This document shows positions 51,601 through 63,723 of a stretch of DNA of 64,000 bases, in pieces. Every line of letters begins with the position of its first letter. Positions within the stretch are counted from its first letter, which is position 1. Source of the DNA: Macrostomum lignano (taxonomy: Eukaryota); NCBI GenBank assembly GCA_002269645.1, contig NIVC01001488.1, positions 48,026-112,025 of the forward strand. Direction: 5' to 3'. The notes beneath the pieces were generated by a model, which did not search any database, was not told where the DNA came from, and saw nothing but the letters and a program-made list of their open reading frames with translations. The position numbers and the translations under genes are program-made.

Positions 51601-54600
51601 GGCAAGCTCCAGCCGCTCCCGGTTGATTGACTGCAGCTCGTCTTCCAGCTTCTCGCGCGACATCTCGCTGAGCTCGAGTGTCTGATATAGGCCGGCCTTC
51701 TCGTTGTCCAGCTCCATCTTCTCCTGCTCACAGCGGAGCAGCTCCTCGCGGATGCCGTACTTCTCCTGCTCGAGGGCCTGCTTCTCCCCTGACAGCTGCG
51801 CCTTCTCGTTCTCGTACATCATGAGGATCTTGTTCAGCTCCACCTTGTCGTGCCCAAGGCCCTCGTTCAGCGACTGCATCTTTAGCAGGGCGTCCCGTAG
51901 GGCAGCCTCCTCGCTCTTCATCTTGTTGAGCTCGAGCTCCAACTCGGCCTTGGCCAGCTCGCTGCGGGACAGCGCGTCGGAGACTTCGGCCTTTTCCTGG
52001 TCCAGCACCTCCTTCTCCAGACAGGCCCGGTTGAGGTTCTCCTTGGTCTGCACCAGGTCGGACTTCAGGTTGCTCAGCTTCTCCTCCAGCTGGTCGATGC
52101 AGCGCTGGCACCGCTCGTTCTCCTTCACCTGCCTGTCCAGGTCCTTCTTCTGGTCGGCCTTCTGATCTTCGAGGCAGTCGCGGCAGCGCTGCAGCTCGCT
52201 GTTGGCCTGCTGCAGCCGGTCCAGGTCCGCGTGCAGCGACTCGATCTGCTCGTTCAGGGCCGAGCGGACCTGCGGGACAAGCCGGGTTTCGATACATATC
52301 GGCTGAACTTTGTCGCTTATCTACTTCTCTCACACTTTTATCTCCTATCTCATCTTTATCTACTCCTCTCACACTTGTCTACTTCTATAGCATCTTTATC
52401 TACTTCTCTATCACACTTATCGACTTCTCTCTTATCTTTATCTACTTCTCCCTCACATCTACATACTTATATCTCTCTCCTCTATATACTTCTCTCACAC
52501 TTATCTACTTCTCTCTCTCATTTATCGACCTTTCTCTCACCTTTATCCACTTCTCTCTCAACCATATCTACTTCTCTACCTAACCCCTATATCCTTCGCA
52601 TTGACTGCATTCTACCTTCTATTCATAGTCTATCTACTTCTACCTTAAACCGAAATCTCACTCCTATTTACTTTATATTTCTCACTGCTATCTACTTTCG
52701 TTCATCTGTATCTCAGCTAGTTTAAGCTTCATCATTCAGTCTTGCCCCATGCCTCCAGAATCCCAGTCTGCCCCTTAAATCTCCTCTCCCTGGCCGCACC
52801 TTCTCCAGTTGGCTCCTCTCCTGCTCGCGGGCGGTCAAGGCGGACTTCAGCCGTTCGTAGTCGCGGCCGCTATCGGTCTGCGCCCTCTGCACTGTGTCCA
52901 GCTCCTCGCGCAGGCCCAGCACCTGGTGCTCCAGTCGTCGGCGCTCGTTCTCAGACTCGTCCAGCTGTCGGCGTATGTTGTCCCCGGCGTCCTTGGCGCT
53001 GGCCAGCTTGCCGCGCAGCTCCTGCACCTGCAGACACATCGGAGCGGCATGGGGGTTGGCAGTGATGCAATGCCGGACTAGGAGACCAGTCGCCAATGGG
53101 AAACGGGACACCGTGAGACGCGAGGTGTAAATAAGGATAGGTATAAAATATGGCGGCGCCAATGGGAAAATGGGGCGCCGATGGGGAAATCATGGGGCGC
53201 CAATGGGAAAATGGGGCGCCGATGGGGAAATCATGGGGCGCCAATGGGAAAATCATGGGGGCGCCAATGGGAAAATCATGGGGGCGCCAATGGGAAAATC
53301 ATGGGGCGCCAATTGGAAAATCATGGGGCGCCAATTGGAAAATCATGGGGGCGCCAATGGGAAATTCATGGGGCGCCAATTGGAAAATCATGAAGGCGCC
53401 AATGGGAAAATGGGGCGCCGATGGGGAAATCATGGGGCGCCAATGGGAAAATCATGGGGGCGCCAATGGGAAAATCATGGGGGCGCCAATGGGAAATTCA
53501 TGGGGACGCCAATGGGAAAAATCATGGGGGCGCCAATGGGAAAATCATGGGGGCGCCAATGGGAAATTCATGGGGCGCCAATTGGAAAATCATGAAGGCG
53601 CCAATGGGAAAAATCATGGGGGCGCCAATGGGAAAATCATGGGGGCGCCAATTGGAAAATCATGGGGCGCCAATTGGAAAATCATGAAGGCGCCAATGGG
53701 AAAATCATGGGGGCGCCAATGGGAAAATCATGGGGGCGCCAATTGGAAAATCATGGAGGCGCCAAAGGAGCACCGGTGCACAGCGGCCTTCATCAACTCA
53801 GCGTGAAAGTCCCCAGGCGCCTACCTGCAAGGCCCTCTTGTTCAGCGCGGCCTGTACGGCGCTGTAGGTGGAGTCAGCGAACGCAGGAGACCGCGAGCGC
53901 TGCCGACCGGCCGGCGAGCGACCGCCGCGACCGACCGGCGACACGGAGCGACCCCGACCGGCGTCCGAGAAGTCGCGGTACCCGTCGGCGTCGCTGATGA
54001 CGGCCTGGGCAATGTCGCGCAGGCTCTGGTGCATGGCCTCGGTCTCCTCGATTAGCGCGCGTGTGGCCGCGTCGTCAGCACCCTGGGAGTTTGAGTCCGA
54101 GAGGAATAAATTAGATATTGATCTCATTGATCTCAAATAATCTCACCTCATAGATTAGACTTACACGTAAATCCCAAATAATCTCACCCATTAGATTTGA
54201 TATTGATCTCAAATAATCTCACCCATGAGATTTGCTATTGATCTCAAATAATCTCACCCATGAGATTTGATATTGATGTCAAATAATCTCACCCATTAGA
54301 TTTGATATTGATATCAAATAATCTCACCTATGAGATTTGATATTGATCTCAAATAATCCCACCCATGAGATTTGATATTGATATCAAATGATCCCACCAA
54401 TGAGATTTGATATTAATCTAAAATAATCTCACCCATTAGATTAGATATCGATGCTAAAATAAACTAACCGCATAAACAATCTCCTACACTGACAAATCTC
54501 AAGCATCCGCATACTCAGACTCAGGAGATCGCAGCAGACCTCAAGCCTGAGAGAAACTCACCGGTGGCTCGGCAGATTGCGAGCGACTTGCGCTGCCGCC

Positions 54601-57600
54601 GCCGCCGCCGCCGCCGCTGCTGCGCAGCCGCTGCAGGTGGGACAGGGTTCGATCCTTCTCGGCCAACTGGAATTTCAGCTTCTCGTTCTGCACCGACAGC
54701 TCGTTGACCCGGCCGCTCAGGTCGGCCTGATGCGCCTCGAACTTGGCCTGCAGGTCCTGCAGCTCCCGGGTTCGTTCGCGGAGCGCCGATTCCAGATTGG
54801 CGCGCCCGGAGCGCTCCTGATCCAGCGCCACGGCGCCCTGCGTCTCGGCCGATTTCAGGTTGGCATTGAGATTCTGGCAGGCCGCGTGGACGCCGCGGGA
54901 CTGGCGGGTCATCTCGTTCTTGAAGTTGTTCAAGTCGCGCTCGTTGGCGGTCTTCAGCTCGTTGAACTGGCGCCGGAAGCTCACCAGGTTGCGCCACAGC
55001 GACAGCAGGCGGTTGTGCTCGGACGAGAAGTACTCGGAGAAGCTGGCCTCCTCATCGCGCCATTCGGACTCGCGGCGCTCGAGGTCGGACCGGGTGCGCT
55101 GGAAGTCCTCGCTGAGCCGCTTCATGTCCTCCGTGAGCGACTGGTTCACCTGGGTGGCCTGGTCCAGCTGCTCCCGCAGCATCGCGTTCACGTGGGCCAG
55201 GGAGGCCGATCTGGGCGGGGCGTTCGGGTCGGTGGTAGACAAGGACTCGAATGCTAAGGACGTTGCTAAGCATCCTATAAACTTTTATGAACTGAACTCG
55301 GGTTTATTCACATATCTCAGCCTTGATTCACATATCTCAATCTTGATTCACATATCTCAGCCTTGATTCACATATCTCAATATTGATTCACATATCTCAG
55401 CCTTGATTCACATACTTCAGCCTTGATTCACATATCTCAATCATGATTCGCATATCTCAGCCTTGATTCACATATCTCAGCCTTGATTCACATATCTCAA
55501 TCTTGATTCACATATCTCAATCTTGATTCACATATCTCAGCCTTGATTCACATATCTCAGCCTTGATTCACATATCTCAGCCTTGATTCACATATTTCAG
55601 CCTTGATTCACATATCTCAGCCTTGATTGACGTCTCTCAGCCTTTATTCACAAATCTCAGTCTTGATTAACATGTTTCAGTCTTGATTCACATATCTCAT
55701 AATTGATTTATGTCTCTCGGCCTCGATTCACAAATCTCACTCTTGATTCACGCCTCGCAGCCTTGATTCGCATATCTCGGCTTTGATTCACGTCTGGCAG
55801 CCTTCATTCACGCCTCATACTCTTGATTCACGCCTGTCAGTACGTGACTTAACCTATTACTCCCGTTCTCATACTATTACTACCCTATATTCGTTCACAA
55901 GTCCAAACGTTGATTGACATTCACACCCATATTCTTCTTCTTTCGATTTTTCCCACTTGATTCCCATTCCGTTTAAATGCCCATTTCTCAGCCATGATTC
56001 ACAACCACTTTGTTCGTGTACAAAATCTGTCACTACCGATTCACAATCAAATATTCTACGTTCACAAGTGCGCTCATGGGTGGCTTGAGCACAGAGCGAA
56101 ACAAGCACAAGAAGGCAAAACACCGCCCTACTCAGCAGGGTTGAAGCCTCATACAAGAGAGCGGGGCAGGCAGGCAGTGGAGGGTAAAGATGCGCTGCAC
56201 TACTCTCACAAACTCTCTCATAAACATTTCTGATGTTTTTACAACTGCGCCTTGCCTCTCTGCCTCCCCAGCCTTACAAAACATTCTTGATGAAAAAAAT
56301 TGAGCGGGCAAACTCCCCACCTCATGCTGCCTCACTGCATTCCATCTTGTTTTATGAGCACGGGACAGGGCAGTGGGTAGTAGGGAGAGCGCCGGGTGTA
56401 CAAATGGAAACAATTGATAATACACATTGCTAACTGAAACTTTTTATGGCGACTCATCGGTGGTACGGGGAGCGAGTGAGTGGGATAAACTAGGGGGATG
56501 ATAGAGGGCGAGTTGGTTGCCGCGTTGGGTGGGACATGGCTGAGTAATAAGATCGGTTATGGGCAGGAATGGCATATCAAGTGGTGCTAAAAAGAGACAA
56601 ACAGAAGTTTAGAGTGCCGAAATAAAAAGGAAGATGGAATGCAAAAAAGATGGGGGTGGGGGGACGGAGCAGATGATGGATAGAGCGGAAGAGATGGGGA
56701 GTAGAACGGAAAAGATAATGGTAGGGGCGGAAGTGATGAGGGTAGGGGCGAAAGTGATGAGGGTAGGAGCGGAAGAGATGAGGGTAGGGGCGGAAGAGAT
56801 GAAGTAGCGGCGGAAGAGATAAGGGAGGGGCGGAAGTGACGAGGGTGAGGGCGGAAGTGATGAGGGTGGGGGCGGAAGTGATGAGGGTGGGGCAGAAGTG
56901 ATGAGGGTGGGGGCGGAAGTGACGAGGGTGGGGCAGAAGTGATGAGGGTGGGGGCGGAAGTGATGAGGGTGGGGGCGGAAGTGATGAGGATGGGGCAGAA
57001 GTGACGAGGGTGGGGCAGAAGTGATGAGGGTGGGGCGGAAAAGGCGAGAAAGAGAGCGGAAGAGATGAGGGTGGCGGCGAAAGAGATGAGGAATAGAGCG
57101 GAAGAGATGAGGGTGGGGCGGATGAGAGGAGGGTGGGGGCAAAAGAGAGGAGGGTAGATGCGGAAGAGAGGAGGGTGGGGGCGGAAGAGAGGAGGGTGGG
57201 GCGGAAGAGATGAGGGTGGGGGCAGAGCAGATGACGGATAGAGCGGAAGAGATAAGGAATGGCGGTGCGTGGATGCCAGAGTTCAGTGCAGAGACACTCA
57301 GTGAAGGGCAACGAGAAGCAAGCTTATAAAAGCTGGTGGAAAAGGGCGAGGATTTGCTCCGAAGAGCAGACATCGTGCTCAAAGCTGCTCCCAAAATTTC
57401 TCCCTAGGCGGCACTTGAATCCCCCCTGGAGGACAGCAGCAACTGGCTGCAGACTAGAATAACAATGAGAAGAAACACGCAGTACCGGCACAGTCCCAGG
57501 AATTGGGGGAAATTAATAATTCTTCAGCAGAATGCCGGTGTCAACCACCCGCAATTTCCTCATCAGGGATGCTGACTGCGTGTTGCATCGCTTGCTGAGA

Positions 57601-60600
57601 CAATATTGGACTTTGTGGGGCAGGGGAAAAACTCCCTAAGTAAAAAGCACCGCTGCTTGCCCACCTCTGCTGCTCCTCCTCAAGGCGGATGAGGGCCGAC
57701 TCCAGATCGCTTGAATGGTCTTCATCGCCTCCAGAGCGCAGGCGAGTCTCAGAGTCCAGCTTGAACTGGTAGCTGTCGTTCTGCAACAGCGGGAGCGCAA
57801 ATGGGGAAAAAACTGATCAATGCTTGTGCAGCATTGGAATAACTGACCGCAGCCCGCCAAGTAAAATTTGGATGCCATGGCACCGAATAAAAAACCGCTA
57901 GAGAGAGTCCGCGTTTGTTAAATTAAAATAGCTGCGATTGCAGGTTAAATAAGCTGGCTGTGCATGCAGTTTCTCTGTGCTGCGCGAGACAGGGACAAAA
58001 ATCACGGCCTAACCCAGTCCCCCACAATACCCCTGCCCCAGTCCCTCACTTTACCCCTGCCCCAGTCCCCCACTATACCCCTGCCCCAGTCCCTCACTAT
58101 ACCCCTGCCCCAGTCCCCCACAATACCCCTGCCCCAGTCCCCCACTTTACCCCTGCCCCAGTCCCCCACTATACCCCTGCCCCAGTCCCTCACTATACCC
58201 CTGCCCCAGTCCCCCACAATACCCCTGCCCCAGTCCCCCACTATACCCCTGCCCCAGTCCCCCACAATACCCCTGCCCCAGTCCCTCACAATACCCCTGC
58301 CCCAGTCCCTCACAATACCCCTGCCCCAGTCCCCCACAATACCCCTGCTCCAGTCCCTCACTATACCCCTGCCCCAGTCCCTCACTATACCCCTGCCCCA
58401 GTCCCTCACAATACCCCTGCCCCAGTCCCTCACTATACCCCTGACCCAGTTCCTCACTATACCCCTGCCCCAGTCCCTCACTATACCCCTGACCCAGTCC
58501 CTCACTATACCCCTGACCAGTCCCTCACTATACCCCTGACCAGTCCCTCACTATACCCCTGCCCCAGTCCCCCACAATACCCCTGCCCCAGTCCCTCACT
58601 ATACCCCTGACCCAGTCCCTCACTATACCCCTGACCCAGTCCCTCACTATACCCCTGACCAGTCCCTCATTATACCCCTGCCCCAGTCCCCCACAATACC
58701 CCTGCCCCAGTCCCTCACTATACCCCTGCCCCAGTCCCTCACTATACCCCTGCCCCAGTCCCTCACTATACCCCTGACCCAGTCCCTCACAATACCCCTG
58801 CCCAAGTCCCTGACAATACCCCTGCCCCAGTCCCTCACAATACCCCTGCCCCAGTCCCTCACAATACCCCTGCCCCAGTCCCTCACAATACCCCTGCCCC
58901 AGTCCCTCACAATACCCCTGACCCAGTCCCTCACTATACCCCTGACCCAGTCCCTCACAATACCCCTGCCCCAGTCCCTCACTATACCCCTGACCCAGTC
59001 CCTCACTATACCCCTGCCCCAGTCCCTCACTATACCCCTGACCCAGTCCCTCACTATACCCCTGCCCCAGTCCCTCACTATACCCCTGCCCCAGTCCCTC
59101 ACAATACCCCTGCCCCAGTCCCTCACTATACCCCTGACCCAGTTCCTCACTATACCCCTGCCCCAGTCCCTCACTATACCCCTGACCCAGTTCCTCACTA
59201 TACCCCTGCCCCAGTCCCTCACTATACCCCTGACCAGTCCCTCACTATACCCCTGACCAGTCCCTCACTATACCCCTGCCCCAGTCCCCCACAATACCCC
59301 TGCCCCAGTCCCTCACTATACCCCTGACCCAGTCCCTCACTATACCCCTGACCCAGTCCCTCACTATACCCCTGACCAGTCCCTCACTATACCCCTGCCC
59401 CAGTCCCCCACAATACCCCTGCCCCAGTCCCTCACTATACCCCTGCCCCAGTCCCTCACTATACCCCTGCCCCAGTCCCTCACTATACCCCTGCCCAGTC
59501 CCTCACTATACCCCTGCCCCAGTCCCTCACTAGATACCCCTGCCCCTAAATGTACAAGTGCCACGCCACGGAGACAAGTTTTAAAATTTCAATCTATAAT
59601 AAGAATATTTCTAAAAGCTGCTACTTAGCAGAAAACAGTTAAATCAATAAGATGTTATAAAAACATACAGATTATGAAATTAGACCGGTGCAGAATTATT
59701 GGTAGACAGCAGCAAACACGGTGCAGAACGTAAATCCGCAACTCCGAGAGGATTATAATCGGGTTTGGATAAAACGGACAGCCAAGGTGCTGTTGCTATG
59801 GCTACGAAATCAACGTTTGTGCTTTTGTTTTAAACGCAAAAATCAAGCCGTCAGCTTGGACTCACGCGTTTGCGGTCAGCTTCCTGCTCCATCACCTGAA
59901 CTTTTGCCTCCATCTCGCTGCACTTTTTCTTGTATTGCAGCACCTTCGCGTAGGTTTGAAATCATTTTGGGTGATCATTCACCATGGTGACAAGTTAGGC
60001 ACGGCAACACAAAACAGAATTCGCGCATTATTCGCGTGGATAATGTTAAATCAGCGGTAGAATGTACTTTTAAACTCCTCATAAGCAAACCCGGCATGCG
60101 GCTAAGGCAGCGAATAAACACGGATTAGATTGATTAAAAGTAGTGCAATCTAGCATGGGACTCTCCCTGCGGCATGCCAAACAGATCAAATCTGCTTCAA
60201 GACTTTGATCACCGATTGCTTGAAACTCCGCAGCTGAGTCTTCAGCCGCTGGTTCTCAAGGTCACTCTCGGACACCTTCTTCTTGTAGGCCAGTACCTAA
60301 GTTTTATAGGTCATTGTTGAAAAAGCAAATACACATTCTAATTCTGCACAATACGATGGCTGAGAATGTGTCCTAAATTTAGTGCCAAATCTTAAACAGA
60401 TCTTCATCGGGTTTGTGATAGTGGAGCTTAGCTAAAAATGAGTAAATGATGGCAAAAAAGTCATTCAATTGGTTTTAACTAGTAAACTGCATGTAGTTAC
60501 AAGTAACCAATTCATAACATATTTAATGCATTTTGTGCTAAGAAATGACAGGAAACCGCAAAGGATCCTGGAGGTGATTAGTAAATTAGCAATAATAGGA

Positions 60601-62319
60601 AGGAGATGCACGGAGGTGGCGCTAAAGGGCGAGCGTGCCGGCAAGCACTGAAATTTAACTGCTGCGAAGGCAATAGCGGGGCAATTGATGGGATTGAGGG
60701 GATAAAGGAGAACAAAGGGGATGAAGGGAAGAAGAGGGGATGTAGAGGATATAGGGGATGGGGGATAGAGGGGATAGAGGGGACTGAGGATGGAGAAAAT
60801 AGAGGGATAGAAGGCATGGAGGGCATGGAGGGCATGGAGGGGATAGAGGGCATGGAGGGGATGAAGGGGGCAGAGGAGATAGAGGGCATGGAGGGGATGG
60901 AGGGGACAGAGGGGATGGAGGGGATGGAGGGGATAGAGGGCATGGAGGGGATAGAGGGCATGGAGGGCATGGAGGGGACAGAGGGGATGGAGGGGATGGA
61001 GGGGATAGAGGGCATGGAGGGTATGGAAAAGGGGATAGAGGAGGGGATAGGGGGTATATAGGAGGGGATGGAGGGATGGAAGGGACAGAGGGGATGAAGG
61101 GAACAGAGGGGATGGAGGGGATAGAGGAGGGGATGAAGGGATAGACGGAATAGAGGTAACAAATCAGATGCAGGGAGCACAGGTGATATAAGGGAATACA
61201 TGGGTAACTGAGTCAGCAGTTTCTAGGCAAAGCATTGGTCCAGTGGCGGCACAGGTAAGCCATAGGCATAGGCATAGAAATACGCCAATCAGACAGACAG
61301 GCGGCACTCACCTTGGCCTGCAGTTTCTGCACCAGCTGGGCCTGCCGCTGCTGGCCCTCCTGGTACGTGGCCAGCTTGCGCTTGTAGCTCTGCTGCTCAT
61401 CGTCCAGGCGCTTGCGGAGGTCCATGTTCATCTGCATGAGGCCCCTGGAGCCGGGATCGTCACCGGGGTCCTCGTGCTGCTGGAAAACGGGGGTGGCGAG
61501 GTGGCTGGAGTTAGCGGACTCCCGGCAGTAGTCCTCGGGGTCGGAGTTGTCGTAGCCGCTGTCCGGGCAGGAGGCGGTGCCGATCGATGCGCCAAGAGCG
61601 GCGCTGGCGGCTGTGAGGTTCCGGACTGGAATCCGGGGCGCAGCCTGGCTGCTGCAGTTCTGGCAGCCAAGCAGAGCAGCCTGGCAGCTTTTGTCCTCGC
61701 AGGACGGCTGCTTTTGCTGCTGCTTCTGCTTGCTGGTCAAGCACACCTGGGAAACTGCCTTCTTCATCAACATCGACGTTTCTAATGTCGATGAATGAGC
61801 CGACTTGACAGCTGCTTCCATAGCAACAGAGCTAGCAGTTGACGCTAGCAGGCAGTTGTGAGAAGCGACTCGATTCGAGGAATTGGAGCGGCGCTGCTTG
61901 CTGGCCGGGTGCGGCAATTTGTCTGCCGCCTTCTTCACCGGCAGATTTCTAGGCCGAGCAAACATCTCAAAGTTTCCCCTGGCTGGCAGGCGGTTCTGCT
62001 TTCTCACTAATTCTTCACTCAGCTCGAGTGGTCAAGCTCCATTCGGTTTTGAGAAGTTTTTTAAACCCCAATTTAAGAGGCAGGAAGCGGGAGGGAACGC
62101 GCAGGACTTCCAGTTCGGTGAGAATTCAGAATGGAAAGCTTTTTGCTAATTAGTTAATGCAGTGATCGAGTCGGTGAGGGGAGACCCGAGGCACAGGAAG
62201 CTGGTGAAATATATATATATGCGGATGTCTGACTGCGGCAATGAAATTCTTATTCTAAGAAACAGGGCGCGCACAGCACTTACGCGGTAGTCCACGTAGT
62301 CAAAACCGTCGTCTGTCAT
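39603..62319 (-). CDS. CROCC: Rootletin (ciliary rootlet coiled-coil protein), ~2030 aa
   Basis: Exons 62319-62284, 61479-61312, 59943-59866 (or 60296-60213), 57780-57665, 55210-54562, 54082-53825, 53027-52800, 52269-51264, 51118-50949, 50365-50114, 49653-49237, 48934-48620, 46977-46542, 45074-44575, 44397-44218, 44122-43778, 42180-41914, 40467-40156 and 39962-39603. All introns are GT-AG, phases are consistent, and the total is 6093 nt. Rootletin motifs include [31 protein letters not shown], [26 protein letters not shown] and [13 protein letters not shown]. Confidence 0.93.
40542..41229. repeat. 23 bp intronic minisatellite (GGCGATTATCTCGGGTAGTTTAT)
   Basis: About 30 copies. Confidence 0.95.
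41510..41704 (-). CDS. Rootletin candidate alternative terminal exon, Cys/His-rich
   Basis: Phase-0 AG acceptor and strongly GC3-biased codons within an AT-rich intron. Reads [64 protein letters not shown]. Confidence 0.55.
   Translation of the reverse strand, partial: PHHCGQVESRSLVHCRHCGGLVLLVRQYCPEHGPFVETPADFCDDLSLIDSRCRERRTRLLIWF
42232..43745. repeat. 24/26 bp intronic minisatellite (ATGGCACTCT(AT)GTCAGTCTATGTCT)
   Basis: About 60 copies; source of the spurious 501-aa ORF. Confidence 0.95.
46154..46167. promoter_or_regulatory. Palindromic RFX X-box-like site in a rootletin intron
   Basis: GTTGTCATGACAAC, a perfect palindrome matching the X-box pattern. Confidence 0.5.
46990..47101. repeat. 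~32 bp tandem repeat (x3.5) next to a splice acceptor
   Basis: GGGTCATTGGGGACTGCTATGAGCCCTTCACT units. Confidence 0.9.
47590..48540. repeat. ~18-19 bp intronic minisatellite (GAGTCACTGGGTATCTTG) with a 399-bp higher-order duplication
   Basis: Identical translated blocks start at 47786 and 48185. Confidence 0.93.
48964..49200. repeat. 22 bp intronic minisatellite (CTGACCGGTTCTCACTGCCTGT)
   Basis: Fills most of a 302-bp intron. Confidence 0.93.
50450..50890. repeat. ~34 bp intronic minisatellite (AGAGTCACGTGACGCTCTCAGAGTCATCGAGAAG), interrupted by a MITE
   Basis: Direct reading. Confidence 0.88.
50701..50817. mobile_element. ~117 bp MITE with terminal inverted repeats (possibly PIF/Harbinger-like)
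   Basis: GGGGCCCGTTCTATAAAGC ... GCTTTATAGTACGACCCC form imperfect TIRs, and the element interrupts the array. No TSD could be resolved. Confidence 0.6.
52310..52720. repeat. Degenerate pyrimidine-rich low-complexity repeat (TATCTACTTCTCTC-like)
   Basis: Direct reading. Confidence 0.8.
53150..53765. repeat. 22-24 bp intronic minisatellite (ATGGGGCGCCAATGGGAAAATC)
   Basis: Direct reading. Confidence 0.93.
54110..54450. repeat. 35 bp intronic minisatellite (GATCTCAAATAATCTCACCCATGAGATTTGATATT)
   Basis: Direct reading. Confidence 0.9.
55300..55830. repeat. 20 bp intronic minisatellite (TTGATTCACATATCTCAGCC)
   Basis: Direct reading. Confidence 0.93.
56680..57250. repeat. ~21 bp purine-rich minisatellite (GGCGGAAGTGATGAGGGTGGG)
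   Basis: Direct reading. Confidence 0.9.
58010..59550. repeat. 24 bp intronic minisatellite (CCCAGTCCCTCACTATACCCCTGC)
   Basis: About 64 copies; G-rich on the transcribed (minus) strand. Confidence 0.95.
60213..60296 (-). CDS. Rootletin candidate alternative exon, paralogous to 59943-59866
   Basis: 84 nt, phase 0-0, AG/GT flanked. [28 protein letters not shown] versus [26 protein letters not shown]. Confidence 0.75.
60690..61150. repeat. 9 bp purine-rich repeat (GGAGGGCAT/GGAGGGGAT)
   Basis: Direct reading. Confidence 0.9.
61312..62007 (-). CDS. Rootletin candidate alternative long N-terminal exon (5' in-frame extension of exon 61479-61312)
   Basis: An uninterrupted GC-rich frame runs ~530 nt upstream of the internal acceptor (e.g. 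[18 protein letters not shown]). The true start codon is uncertain. Confidence 0.55.
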
Positions 62320-62349
62320 TGCTTAGCAACCGCTTAGCAACGCGTTGCT
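62318..62349 (-). promoter_or_regulatory. Clustered RFX X-box-like sites at the rootletin start
   Basis: Minus strand GTTGCTAAGCGGTTGCTAAGCAATG overlaps the ATG; palindrome AGCAACGCGTTGCT at 62336-62349. Confidence 0.5.
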
Positions 62350-63098
62350 TAGGGATTAAAATGGATCAGATTAACTAAAATCGGACGGTGCTACTGAGTT
62401 TGGGCAGTGGGAGCGGACCGACCACCTGAGAGGCGAACTGGAGGCTGACAGAAGAAACAGAAGTTTGCAGATGATGAAGCAGAAGAAAGACAGAGAGACT
62501 GTGGGCGTCTAATATAATAGGGAGGCTGGGGTGGCGGGGGGGCAGCCTTAGGCTCTGTGCTGCAGAGTATTCGGGCAGTTTGGCAGACAACAGAGCCAAA
62601 TGGAGGTTAGAGAGCGCGATGGAGATGCGGGAGAGAGAGAGAGAGACAGACAGAGAGCAAATAGGACCAAGGCACTCGAGCACACGCAAACAGGAGAGGC
62701 TTGGCAGGGCCGCAGCCGAGGACGAAGGCAGATACGGTAGGCAGACGGGCGAGAGAGAGAGAGAGAGAGCGCTTAAAGAGTTCTTCAGTTTTCTTGGCAG
62801 CCAAATGACCAGAGAAAACTGCAGGGCGAGCCAGCCCCGGTAGCACCGACTCAAAGAGCAAAGACCCTTGCACACACACACACACACGCTAAGCAGCCGG
62901 TAATAAACGCATCCATCAGGCGATTAGACCCTCTCACCCTCTCTCATCGACCTCTTGTCCGCCGTTTCAACCCCACCCCACCCCTACCCAACCTCGCAAG
63001 CAGAAGCAAACTCAGTCGGGTTTTCAACACTTCGCCGCCGTTCGGTGCTTCGAATCCCCCCCCTGCACCCCACTTTATAGCATAGCCTAGCCTACACC

Positions 63099-63112
63099 GT
63101 CGCCATGACAAC
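63099..63112. promoter_or_regulatory. RFX X-box-like site
   Basis: GTCGCCATGACAAC upstream of a ciliary gene. Confidence 0.55.
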
Positions 63113-63709
63113 AATGCGCTTACGGAGCTGTGAAACAGGTATAGACACACACAGAGCAAGCATCGACACTTGCTCCAAGACGGTCCGAAGCAGCAGCAAG
63201 GTGGAGAGGGAGACCATAAAGCTCTAAATTAGGTCTCGCATTGCGCTGGCTTGTTCTGTATGAATTTTCTCGCTACAAGCTGTAAGCTGCATACGCGTAT
63301 CGCACTCTGTTATCAACCTGCTACCCCACTGTTCCAAGCCTCACCTTGGCGGCAATTGCAGCGCCAATTTCGCCTCATTAGGTGCCGCAAGCCAAATGAA
63401 CCGCATAAAAAAATCGGATGAAAAGTTTCGCAAATTTTTATGCCTCCTTGCAATTTTTTCAGTGCTTAGCAAACTGATGAAGCACCAAATGAGCTTCATA
63501 GAGTAGGAAAAGACTGGCCCAGCTTCCAGCTGCCTAAATTTAAGCACGCGATAGCGGCATAGATGCAGTAGGCAGCTCTGAGTTGACACGGGCAAACAGT
63601 TATTCAATATGCGAGATCGAGCGGCGGCTGCTGCCGTACCCTCACCTGCTTCCCCCTGCGGCTGGCTGCTCTGGATGGCGAGGAGTGGAGGGGAGGCCGA
63701 GAAAACACG

Positions 63710-63723
63710 GTAACCATGGCAAC
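63710..63723. promoter_or_regulatory. RFX X-box
   Basis: GTAACCATGGCAAC, a near-consensus X-box upstream of rootletin. RFX control of ciliary genes is established. Confidence 0.65.

Noticed and set aside
43821-55366. Many plus-strand and off-frame ORFs overlapping rootletin exons (also those opposite actin and the ApoL-like gene)
   Set aside because: These are shadow ORFs caused by high GC3 content of the real coding strand.
55869-56156. 95-aa ORF with hydrophobic N-terminus and cysteines (secreted-peptide-like)
   Set aside because: It starts at a non-ATG codon, has AT-rich codon usage unlike the real exons, shows no recognisable motif and has no supporting splice context.
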